From Eutreptiella sp. 'Long Island Sound 2002' (taxonomy: Eukaryota > Protista > Euglenida), in contig OZ038378.1 in the NCBI GenBank assembly GCA_964036045.1, positions 55,118,001 through 55,182,000 of the forward strand: 64,000 nucleotides of DNA, in the 5' to 3' direction. Of the stretch, positions 25,101-37,100 are shown one piece after another. Position 1 is the stretch's first letter. Each line of letters starts with the position of its first letter. The position numbers and the translations under genes were made by a program. Under the pieces are notes generated by a model. That model was not told where the DNA came from, searched no databases, and saw only the letters and a program-made list of their open reading frames with translations.

Positions 25101-28100
25101 TGAAGGGTGATGGTTTGCATTCAACATCCGCATCCCACAGAGGGGACGCCAAGGGGCAGAAGTGCCGGAGCCCCCCCCCCCCCCCCCCTCCAGACCCCCC
25201 AGACCTACGTCAGCAGGGAGCACCAGTGTTGCCAATGGAGGGGATCACGTGTCAGGCATCCAACAGCTGCACAGGTGTCAGGTATCCAACAGCCTCCACT
25301 GTTGTGGCAAAGGCCTGTGGGGTAATCGAGTTGATGAAGGTGTGGCGGATGGTGAATCGGGGATGGGATGTTACCCCCCTGACTTGTGTATATTCCAACT
25401 GCTTGGGATGAAATGGGGGTTTCAAGAATGCCCCAAAGACCAGTCACGCCGCGGGATGGGGGTCCGGAACTGAACTCAACTCATCCCCCCCCCCCCCCCC
25501 GTGATTTGGGATTCTTGTGGGTCACAGAGGCTTGTTCAGGGCGAGCAGGGGCTGCCGTCAAAATGCTCCAAATTGAATGGGGTGTTCAAATAAGATCAAC
25601 GAGCAACCCAAAAAATCCGACCCCCCCCCCCCCTGCTCCTCTTCTAACAGGTAAGAAATAATTCGGGCACTGAATACCTGTTGGCGCTGCACATTCACCT
25701 CAGGGAGGCATGATCTTTGTTGCGCTGATGCTTGTTGGTCGTCAGATGATTTTGAGTGTGAGTACTGCAAATCCAATTTTCCAGCCCTGTGGGCTGACAA
25801 CTATAGGAGGAGGCGGGGGGTTTAGGCCAGAGCCCCTCCCCCTCCCCGCTCCCCAACAGGCATGCTCACTCAGTGTTTATGGCAACCCCACTCCCCAGCA
25901 CGAAACCAGCAGCAAAACAATGTTGGACTCGAGGCAAATTTTTTCCTGTCCATGCACCTCGAAGTAACGGAACGCTCACTGAGCCTTTGTGGCGAACCCC
26001 CCCCCCCCCCTTCTAAACATCCTTGGGACCGCCCCCACCACTGTTGTTGGGGTCCAGAACTGCACTGAAATGCCCCAGTGTCCCCAGGTCTGTGTTGAAC
26101 CCCCAAACCTGCGATTGAGGACGTATGCCTGGGGGGCAGTATGCAGGGTGCATGGGACCCTTCACACACCTACATTGTCAGGGGGCGGGGGTGATGAGCC
26201 ACCAAGGCCACGCCCTCCCAACCGCCCTCCTGCACACTTTATGCCCCTGCCCTCCCTGTTACCTGACCCTGGTCTGCAAACAGCAGCAGAACTGTGATGC
26301 CCTCCCCACGGATGTCGTGCTGCTGCCGCTCAATGCGCCGGTGGAGGCGGGCAAACCCTTCGTTGTGAACGGCGAGATCCGCAGCAAGACGGGCGAAGTT
26401 GTGGCCGACGCGTCTGTGCCTGTCACGCTGAAGGCAGTCACGAAGGACAAGAAGCCGGTGCCACTATCCGGCACGACCACCGTCTGGCCGTTCGACGGCG
26501 TTGTGCAGTTCGAGGACGTCACCATCCCTGAGGTCTCCTCCCCATCTTTGCCCTATTCCTTCTACACTCTGTCTAGCGTGTTACCTCCTCTTCCCCTTGA
26601 CCTCCTCTTTGGGTTGGGCATCAAGAAGCTTCCATGACCAACGTCGGTTGGCGTTATACCAGACGTCCGCAGGCATTACGGCCGCCGTCGGTTGGCTCCA
26701 AACCACCGTCAATTAGCTTATAGCCCGTCAGTCAGCTCGCTCACCACAAGCAGACTAGTACAACAGGTGAACCTGTCCTGTCCTTGTGCACAACAGACAA
26801 GACAACAGCATGGTGTACAAAGGCATGGTATGGTGTAGTGGCTATCCCGAGGCACTGGGCCCCTGTGCTGCCACAGTGCATGCTCCTTTCTCTCCCAGAG
26901 CTGTGGGCCCTCATGCTGCCACACTGCGAGGATGGCTCATGTAGAACTAGCGGCCCCTGATCACACACTGGGGGTGCCGCCTCGCACCCCACGTGCCTAA
27001 GGGTGCATGTGATGGACCCGTTGTCGAGTACCTCATTTGCACCCGACACACTAACGCAGTCTCCTGCGCATTCGTACACACGCTCCCAGTGGCACCACAA
27101 CCAGCCAAGTGCTGCTGGTGGGTGGCAGAGAGGGTGCTCTTGCCACGGTGCACGCTCAGTGCAAGCTTTGGGTATGTGTGGGGGATCCACACAGTACCCA
27201 TTCAACACACCCATCCCAATTTTGCGATCTCACATACAAACTTTGAGAAGCACCAACAGAAGGTCACCTTGTCTCCCAAACCGAATTCCGGGCACACAAG
27301 CGTACATCATTTACATCCCATGCTGCAATGGATAAGCCGGCACATAGTTCGGCCGCAAACGACCAATTACAAAGTGATCATTGATGCCATCAATTATGAT
27401 ATGAAGACCCAATAGAATTTTGGCAACAACACCGTGGTGCCCTTGGTGTGTTGGTCGTGGCTTTATTGACAATGCTGGCAACAAGTGCCAATTTGGAAAG
27501 ATCATTCAGCCTGGCCAGCTTATTGGATGATCTGAACCATGTTGTGACTGGTCTCAAACTTCCATGATGTTTAGTTGGCCTACGTGTGAATGGGAATGTC
27601 GAGAAGCAACTCTAGGCTAAGCCGTTGCTGCCCAAGGTCCCGCCATACTTAACTTTAGGGACCCGCCATCCGCCATAATGAGCCATGGGCAGCGCCATGT
27701 GCAAATCTCGACCATTGCCGATAAGTACAAACCATGATGAGAAAATCACAAAAAACAAACAAACCTTGAACAAACTTGAAAAATATACAGAAAGGCAGGG
27801 CCCCATTGGACAACGCATGGGACAACATGACCAACCCGGTGAGGCTGAGAGCCGTGACAACCCTTTTGGTTGCATAAACCTGGGAGATGTAGTTTTCAGC
27901 ATAGTTTGCCGTAATATTTTTTTCGTAATTTCCGTCGTTACAAAAACCGTACTTTGTCCCTATCCTTGATGAAGGGGCTTGTGGTATCTAGTCTACGTGG
28001 GTCGATGAAGCTCTTTGAGCATTGCACGAAGAGGAGTGGGCGTCTTGTCATACCCCAGAAGGCTGACGCGCTTATTGCTCTTGTTGTGATTCTCATTCTC

Positions 28101-31100
28101 CCTGCCTTTGACGTCACTCGTCACGAATTTGTTGCACCTAGCTCGAAGCACGAGCAATGTGACCATTGGCGTTCGAGGGGCCCATGTGTGGGCAAGATGG
28201 CTACGTAACCCTTGCCGTCTTGGGGTCCCCAACGCCAAGCAAGGGGACAAAATCACAAGTGGCTACTTAACCCCTGCCCTCTCCGGGGCCCACATGTGTG
28301 CAAAATAACCCCTCCAAACTCAGGGGTCTCTGATGACAACCGCGGGGCCAAAATCAGAAGAGACTACTTGACCAGTACCATCTCGGGTATTGGGTATGGA
28401 CAACAAGTGCACAATTTGTGAAGGAAAGAGGCCCCAAAAGGAGAATGCAACACTAGAACAGGAGGAGAAGTGGTGTATGGGGGTATCCGGTATGTAAAAC
28501 AGGCGTGTGTGTATGCACCACTATTCCGCCTGTATTCCGGGAGGCTCACCATAGGATTAGCACTCCCATATCCCGTCCTCCTTCGTGAAGGACACACATT
28601 TTTGGAGCAAAAGGAAAATGGAAACGACCCTGCCCATGCAATGTACTGTCCATCCAACCAAGGAATTGAACTTGGTACCCAGGCCTCAAGGATGAACCAT
28701 AAACCCGCCCAAGTGTACAAGAAGAAGAACACAAACAAGAAGGAGAAGGCAAAGGAGAAGATGAAGGCAAAGGACAAGGAGAAGGCAAAGGAGAAGAAGA
28801 AGGATGTGGACAAAGCATGGAGCAAATTAAAACGCGCCAAGAAAGATTCAAGTGGGGCCGAGGACAATAGGCATCATTTACAACAACCTTTCAGCCCCTC
28901 AAGATGCCATGGACACCATTGGGGGCCACACAATGCATCCATTGAAGCAATTGCAAGGGGTAGAGGAGTACAAGAAGGGTGTTGAGGATTGGGCGACGCT
29001 GTGCGGTATTACGCCACAGTGCCAGCAAGTTGCCCGAATTGGCATGGGTGCCTACACCGCCAAGGAGCTATACTTCAAGTACAGGCACAAGGGAAGCCTG
29101 TTTGAGGAGCGGAAAGCCTTTTTTTTTTGTTCCTCTACATCATGAGCACAACCCCGCTTTCGATGCCAAGTGGCAGACCCATGTTGATGGATGTGATCGC
29201 ATTGTGTGGGAAGAGTTTTGGGGTTAGCCTTGACTACTTCTTGCATCACTCGAATGAGTTAGACTTCGAGGGAAGGATGAACAAGCACAACCACTCACCC
29301 CTCTTCCCCTACCTTGTGACACCCATTGGGGACGGCTTCCCTGTTGGGTCCACCGGTGGCACCATCAACGGCGTGCCATTCCATTCCAAGTATGAGGATG
29401 AGGTCTACAAGCTGTTGCTGTTGATTTGCTAGTTGGGTCAATATCGTTGGGCTAGTGGGCTTGCTGGCGGCGTGCAAAGTGACATGGAGACCGTGCTAGA
29501 ACTTGGCCCTAGCTCAAAGATCTCAAGAAGGGGGTTTCCCCAGAAGAAAGCATGGTATTACACCATGGCCGAAGCCAAAGAACAAGGATCAAGCCAAGTA
29601 CAACAATGGGTACTTCTTCATTCGGGGCCATTGAGAGCACATTTGTTTGCCCGATTGGACACCCGGGCTGTGTGCGGCGACCCGTGCATGAACTTGGGTA
29701 AGAACGCTGAGGAGCGCATCCCAAGACTCCATTGGATGGTCCAAGCTGTGGTTCACATCCAACAATTCATCAATAAGCGCAACGTCAAGTACTAGCCATA
29801 GGGTCCATGGGGCCATATCCCAAAGGGGGTGTTTGGGACGAAATCTTGTACCAGTGACAACAACTTGTCCACATCCGACTTCGACTCTGACTATGACTCC
29901 CACTCAGCTTGGATTCACACTCTAACTCTAACTCCAACTCCGACTTCAATTCCGACTCGGGGTCAAGCTTGAACTCATGCTTTGCGAACCCTTTGTTGCC
30001 CGAACCCGACTGCTCACCCGCAAGTAGTCTTTTGCACAAGTGAAATGCGAAACGAATTGAAACGAATGTCATAGGGGTGGGCACCCTCCGACCAACCTTC
30101 GAAACGCAAAACGACTCGAAACACCTACATCATACGATTGGGCACCCCATGATGTAGGGGATCAGGCAACAAAGTGTGATGGTGGGACTGATGTTGTGCT
30201 ATGGTGGGGTGATTGGACATACTTTGTCGGGCAAATTGCGCATCCGAGAGTGCACGCAATGATCCTTTGGGAAAAAAACTTTCAATAAAGCGTGTTGTGC
30301 TACTTCATGAACCTCTCAATGAAACCAAACATCGCAAAAATTGGGTACTGTTTGTTGTTTCGATGTGCTTGCAACACAACCACATAGTGCCGCACGACAC
30401 ACCCATACACACATACATATTTACACACAACCATGGCATGGCGGAGGGCACACATACAGTCATACAAGTTGCCTAATTCAAGGGGTATGGGGGAAGGAGT
30501 AGCATTGGGGCTCTGCTACTTGTGACCGAGGGGTCCCTCCTCCTTAACCATAGTTCAAGGATGGGATTCCCTACCATGCTTTGCACGTTGAGCCGGGGCC
30601 GTAGTCTCTCCTTTGTAGTGAGCGATGGTGTCAACAGATCAACGTGCACAGAACTTTTTTGTTCTGGTGCAAATTTCTTGGACAATGTACACTGAAGCTA
30701 ATTACTCTGACCTACGGCAGCAGGAAGCATTCCCTATATTTAAAGACCAGCTAGAGGAACCATGGTTTGGCTCATTTATGTGGCCACGCAGCAGTCTGGT
30801 GGAACTCATCCATCACAGTCCCCCCACCCCCCAAACCTAGGCGACCCGAAAATTCCTTTGCGGGGGGGGGGGGGGGGGGGATGGCATGGGCGCCCGGCGA
30901 AGGAGGGGGGGGGGGGTTCCAGAAATGGGCTTCCGTGCCGGGCCCTTTGTTTTGTGTAAGGATGGATGTTGCCACCAAAGGCGCCGGAACACAAATTTTG
31001 GCCCGGAAAATTTTTTTCGCGAAAAAATTTTCCCCCACATATGTGTAGTCAAAATGATCAGTGCAACGTGGGGATCATTTTGAGCCATGTATGTTGGGGT

Positions 31101-34100
31101 CGCCCCCCCCCCCCCGTCACGGCAGGTAGGGCAGCGCCAGCCCAAACCCCCCTCCCGGCACAGCGACCAAGGAGGGGGAGGGGGGGGGGGGTTGGGCAAA
31201 TGGGCTTCCGTGCCATCCCCCCCACAAAGCAATTTTCTTCCCGCCCTAGCCTTCCCCTTTCCCGCTCCCCTGGCCCGGTCACCCTGCTCAGCTCTCCCTC
31301 TGGCCCCAAGATAGTGCGGAACAGTCGGGACTTGACCTCCTGAGGCGGGGATGTAGTGCACCAATCCCCCATCCCCCACTGACCTAGTGGCCCTCCCACC
31401 CACCTACCCACTCACACACACACTGAGTCACGCACCCGCCCACCCACTCGCTCGCTCGCTGAAACATGCATCCCAGCCTCCCCTTCCTCTTCTTTCAGGA
31501 CATCAATCCCGAGGACGTGCTGCTGACAGCCACCGCCCCCGGTCTTGCACCATCGCCCGGCATCCCAGCCTCTGGCGGGGCGGCCCTGGATGAGTGCCCG
31601 TTGGAGATGAAGGCCACGCAGCTTGCAATCACGGTTGCGCCCAGTGGGGGTGTGCCAATCGGGGCGACCCTTGTGTTCGAGATCCGAGTGTTGGACGATG
31701 AGAACAACCTCATCACCACTGGCAATCCGCTGGTGACGCTGCAACTGGCAACCGGTTTTGGAAAGCTTCTTGGGACTGTCCAGGTGCTTGTCAGCCATCG
31801 ATGCTGCGGAGCATGGGACGATCCCACAGGGGACACGGGCAGAAAATGCACCAGGGACAGTGAAACAGGGGATAGGGAGCGGGGGAGAAGCAGGGACAGG
31901 GTGGTTTTTAACAATAGAACAAAAGTCCTTCTGCATCCTGAACCTGGCGGTTGTAAGGTAACTGACAGCCGCAGCAGCTGAGCTGACGGCAGTTGGGAGA
32001 ATGACTGCCGGCATTTGGAAGGGCATAAGGCAGTCCCTAGAGGTGACGCTTTTGAGCAACGTAACACGAAAAAACCAGGTTAGGGTCACGTAACAGGAAG
32101 ACACCGGGTCCTGCAAGACCGCCCTGAACATGGAACAGGGAAGCGTTGGGCAGAGGGTGACAATCGGTAGGACCCACCCACATCTGATATGTGGCTCAAT
32201 AGAAGCCAACCACACCTGATATCTTAGGCGGCTGAAAGTGGTACACCTTTGTACCAAGGGCCTGGAAAAAAAATGGAGTAAGACATGCTGGGTAAAATGG
32301 GCAAATTACCCTGTTTTTTTCGTCAACAAATTTTGGGATGGGTAAATCAGTGAAAAAACCCTTGTTTTTCATTACTGAAGGCATTATGGCAAAAAAAAAG
32401 TGACCTCAGTATCGAGGAATGCGAGGCCTTGCAATTCAACATGACATTTATCGGCACATTTTTGATTGCAAGGCCTCGCAATACGGCGTGAGAAGGTCCA
32501 AAATTTCCTTTTGGATATGTGCTGTGGATTGTGAAGATCAGGGTCGTTGCTGGTGTTTGTAGACCTGTCATCTCAAAAATAAGGTAAATTGGCTTGATTA
32601 CCCACTTTGGAATGCAAGGCCTCACATTCCCAGTCAAAATGTAGGTAATTCAAGTCAGTTACCCTGGTTTGTATTTTGTATTGCGAGGCCTAACCCTAAC
32701 CTGGGGGAAGTGGGAAAAGGAGATGATTTACCCACAACCCAGCTAGACAAATTGAAAAAACCACGAAAAAAACATGATGAAAAAAATTTGCAAAAGGCAA
32801 ACCACAAAAACAAGGGTATTGAACACAAAATCCCCTGAAATTAGGCCTCTTCAAGGAAAATGTGCGCAATTCGCCCAAATTACCACAGGCTTTTTTGGTG
32901 CAAAAACATGCATTTTCGCAAAAAGCTTAGTGCTCGAATTTGCCCCACTAACTACCTAGTCCAAAACGGCCGGCACTCTGGTACAAAAGTGTAGTACTTT
33001 CGGCCGCCTAAGAATATGTGGCTCAGTAGGACCCACCCGCATCTGATTCCTCTCAGTAGGACCCAACCATGTCTGATGTATCTCAGAAGAACACTTTGCA
33101 TCTGGTGTGTCTATGTGGGATACCCTCATGTGTGACGTGTCTCAGTATGACGTTCTCACATGTGATATAGTTTCGTTGTCCCATGCCTGCTCGGCTATCT
33201 GTTCTCTCTTGTCTTCCCCCTCCCCCCTCCCTCTTGTCCTAGCTCCTCCACTGTTTCCTACCATTCTACACCCTCACTCTCCACCATCACTCTACACTGT
33301 CGCTCTATGCTATCCTGCTGGATTGCCACTCTACACCGTCATTTTCTCCCGTCGCTCTTTTCCGCCATTCTTTACCATTACTCTACACCGTCCCTCTATA
33401 CTGTCACCCTATCCTGTCACTGTGATGGTATAGAGCTGGAGTGGCAGTACAGATGACAGTATAGACTGACCCCATACCAGGAGGGGCAAAATTTGGGCGC
33501 GGGGAAAAGTTGTTTGGACAAATTTCGAAGGCCTCCCTCGTACCAAATATTTCCTTCAATTTTAAGGATTCAGCAACCCTGTGGTGATTCCATACCATTG
33601 AGCATTTCTGTGTCGTGCAGTCTTCGTGCCATCCACACAGGAATTACCAGCAACCATCCAGAGCCCACCAGGAAATAACAGCAACCATCCAGAGCCCACC
33701 AGGAAATATCAGTAACCATCCAGAGCCCACCAGGAAATAACAGCAACCATCCAAAGCCTACCAGGAAATATCAGTAACCATCCAGAGCCCACCAGGAAAT
33801 AACAGCAACCATCCAGAGCCCAGCCGGAATCCACAATGAACATCCACTAGGAAGTAGCAGCAAGGGGCCGCATACCAAATTTTTCCTTCATTTCTAAGGA
33901 GCAATACCAAATTTTTACCCCTTTAATTTTGGTCATCCGAAAAAAAAACCTCTTAAATTAAAGCCCCTCCTGGTACCGTCGGTTGACGGTGTGCAGCAGC
34001 AGTATACCGTTGACAGTTTCTCGCTGAGGTGATGAGTGGCAGTATGGATGGGCAGAGTGATGGCCCTGTTGAGCTGCAGTACAGAGAAGTGTTCGGAGTC

Positions 34101-37100
34101 AGCTGAAGTCGAAGTCCTCAACGGCACACATTACAGAGTGGTATTATTGAGGGGACCGGGTCAGGAAGGAATTAGTGTTGGTCAGTTTGAGGGAGCCGGG
34201 GGCTATCAAGTCAAGACTGTCGGTGTCAAGAGGGAACGTTTTTGGCCCATGAGGTAGTTGAGCCCAAGGGGCATCGTTGCAGCGAGGACGGATGGTGCAA
34301 TTCGGGCCGGTCGGCTGCCGGCGGGGATGAGGCTCAAGGACGCCTCGTACCAGGGGTGGAATTATTTACAAGGTGAGAAAATTGGTGTGGACAAGTTTGG
34401 AAGCACTCCCTCCTAACAAATATTTCCTTCAATTTTGAGGGTGCTGTGTGCTAAAATGTGTGCACCAGACGGGCTGCCTGTGTAATTGATTTTGTGCCTG
34501 CTGCATGCAGTGTGAGCACCATAGTGATAAGACGCAGTGTCAAGTGACATTGTGTTCTCCGTAGGCACCCAAGACTGACGAACGTTCACAGCGGAGGGCC
34601 ACATGACTGATGGAACCCACGAGGGCCACCAGGGAACCATCCAGAGCCCATCAGGAAATAACAGCAACCATCCAAAGCTCATCCGGAAATAGCAGTGATC
34701 ATGCAGAACCCATCAATAAGTAACAACAACCATCCAGAACCCACCAGGAAATGCCACCAACCATCCGGAGCCCATCCAGAAACAACCATCCACTAGGAAA
34801 CAACAGCAAGGGACCTTATACCAATTTCCCCCTTCATTTCTAAGGAGTAGTACCAAAAATTGCCCCCTCTAATTTTGGCCTCCCCCATAAAACATCCCCT
34901 CAAATTATTCCGCCCCCGGTAGTAATCGCAGGAGTCCTTGGCGCTTCATGCCAGCGCGTAGTTCCTTGGACACTGTGGCACTCACCTTGGTGATGTGGAA
35001 CTGCCCACTCAAGCCCAGATAGTGGTGGGCTTGGGTTTGGATTATGCCAAGTGTCTAGACAGGCTTGATGTAAAGTCTCCCCCTTCCCCTCCTGCTGTCT
35101 CAGGTGGAGGCCGAGAATGGGGTGGCTCTCTTCAATGATATCAAGTACGATGGCGACAGTCCCTTCACCGTCCGTGTGGTCTCCAAAGGGCTCCGATCCG
35201 CTACAACGGGCGGGGCCATCCGGCCCGGCAGCGCCTACAGCGGCCTGTCCGGTGGCAGCACTTTGGAGGGTGAAGGGTCCGTGGCCGACGCCGACGAGCT
35301 CGACGTGGACGACACCATGGAGGACGAGAGTGGCGTGCACATCCTGCCGCCGCCCCCGACGTGTGTGAGGGTGGTGCCTCTTGAGGAGTCCGTGCAGATC
35401 GCGCAGCCCTTCATTGTCGAGGTGCAGATCTGCAGCGCCAATGGCAACGTCGTGAAGGATGCCAAGGCGCCCGTGACACTTAAGTGCTTCAAGGAGGACG
35501 GCACCCCCGTCAACCTCACGGTATGGTCCAGCCATTTGATTCAGGGGTGCCCTGAGGGAAATCTGGATGGATGGTTGCTGGCCGTTTGTACCTTCCAGCC
35601 AACCATCGTGGATTACCAAGTGCCGCCAGTTACTTTTCAAACATTGTTGGTTGCCTTCTAGGTGGTCGTTCCAACTGTCGTCGTTGACAAAGCACAGAAG
35701 AGAACCTCTAGGCCGTCTTGTGGATTGCATGAATGCGTTTACCCCAAGCATGAGCAACATCAACACAAGTTGGGTCACCGGTTCCACAAGGGTCTGCGAT
35801 GATCTATACTCCAACACCAACGGGAGTGTACTGGGAGCGTACCTGGTGTGTAATGGGAGAGGAACGGAACCAGGAGTGCAACAGGATTGTAGCAACGTGC
35901 TCTGTGCGTTATTGGTTTAGTTCCCCTTTCGCATTCTTGTGTGAGGGGGGACACCCAATATTTCTTGGATATTCACCTCAAAAGAGGAGCAGTGTTGTAA
36001 GACGGGGTGTCTTTGCTTCAGAGGCGTCTTATATCCGTATTACATCCGTCTTACATCCGTCTGAGAAAATCTAAGACGGGGCATCTTAGATTATCTAAAA
36101 CGGGGCGTCATATGTAATCTAAGACAGGGAGTCTTAGAAATCTTAGATGGCCCATCTTAATTTTGCTGTATGAGAAAATCTGACGCGGGGCGTCGTACAA
36201 AAGCTAACACGGGGCTCCTCAGATTAATTTAGGTGCAGTGTTTTTCCTTTCAAATAGCAACTGAAGTCAACAAGATGAAGACATGATTCACATGTGGCAC
36301 ACCACATCTACAAACTACAGGCCACCTTGCCCGTGTGCACGGGTGAATGATGCCAGTAACCGCATCTACTTGGGGCAGACAGTGTCTACAAGCTACACGT
36401 CGCCATGCCCGTGTGCATGGGTGAACGATGCCGGTGGACCGTTTTTTGCGGAAGGGGGCTCTTGGCCCTCTCCCCAAATATTGGCACTTCGCATTCACAA
36501 CATGCCAACATGTCTACAATTAGCAGACTGCGTCTATTTGGGGAAGACGGGAAGACAGTGTCTACAGACTATAGGCCACTATGCCCATGTCCAAACACCC
36601 AAACAGGGTGAGAAACACATAATGGGGACACCGGTGCTATAGCATCGGGCGCCCCAAGGGGGCAATTCGTCGACGGGGGCTGCCACAGTGGCAGCCCCAT
36701 GGACAATAGCGTGGATTGGCGGCCAGAGCGTAGTGGCACTGGCCAGCCAGGGTTTATGCACTGTGAGCCATGCTCTGTGCTGCCTGTGCTGCCGGTGCCT
36801 GTGGTGCATGCGCACTTTGCGACGCGCGCGCAGTGCTGTTCGTCATGGTGCTGTGCGTCGTGCCCTGCGCACCGTGCTGCCTGTACACCCCGGTGCTGTA
36901 CACCCTGGTGATGTGCACTGTGTGTTGTGCTCTGTGCTGCCTATGCACCCGCACCTGCACCTGCTTGCCCTGCCCGTCTTGCCTGCCCTGTGTGTGGGGG
37001 GGGGGGGGGGGCTGAGTCGCAATGGGGGCGGGGTTGCCTGCCCCCCGTGCACTAGCAGCGTAGCTGAGATGCTGCCAAAGACATCCTGCAGCCCCTAGGT

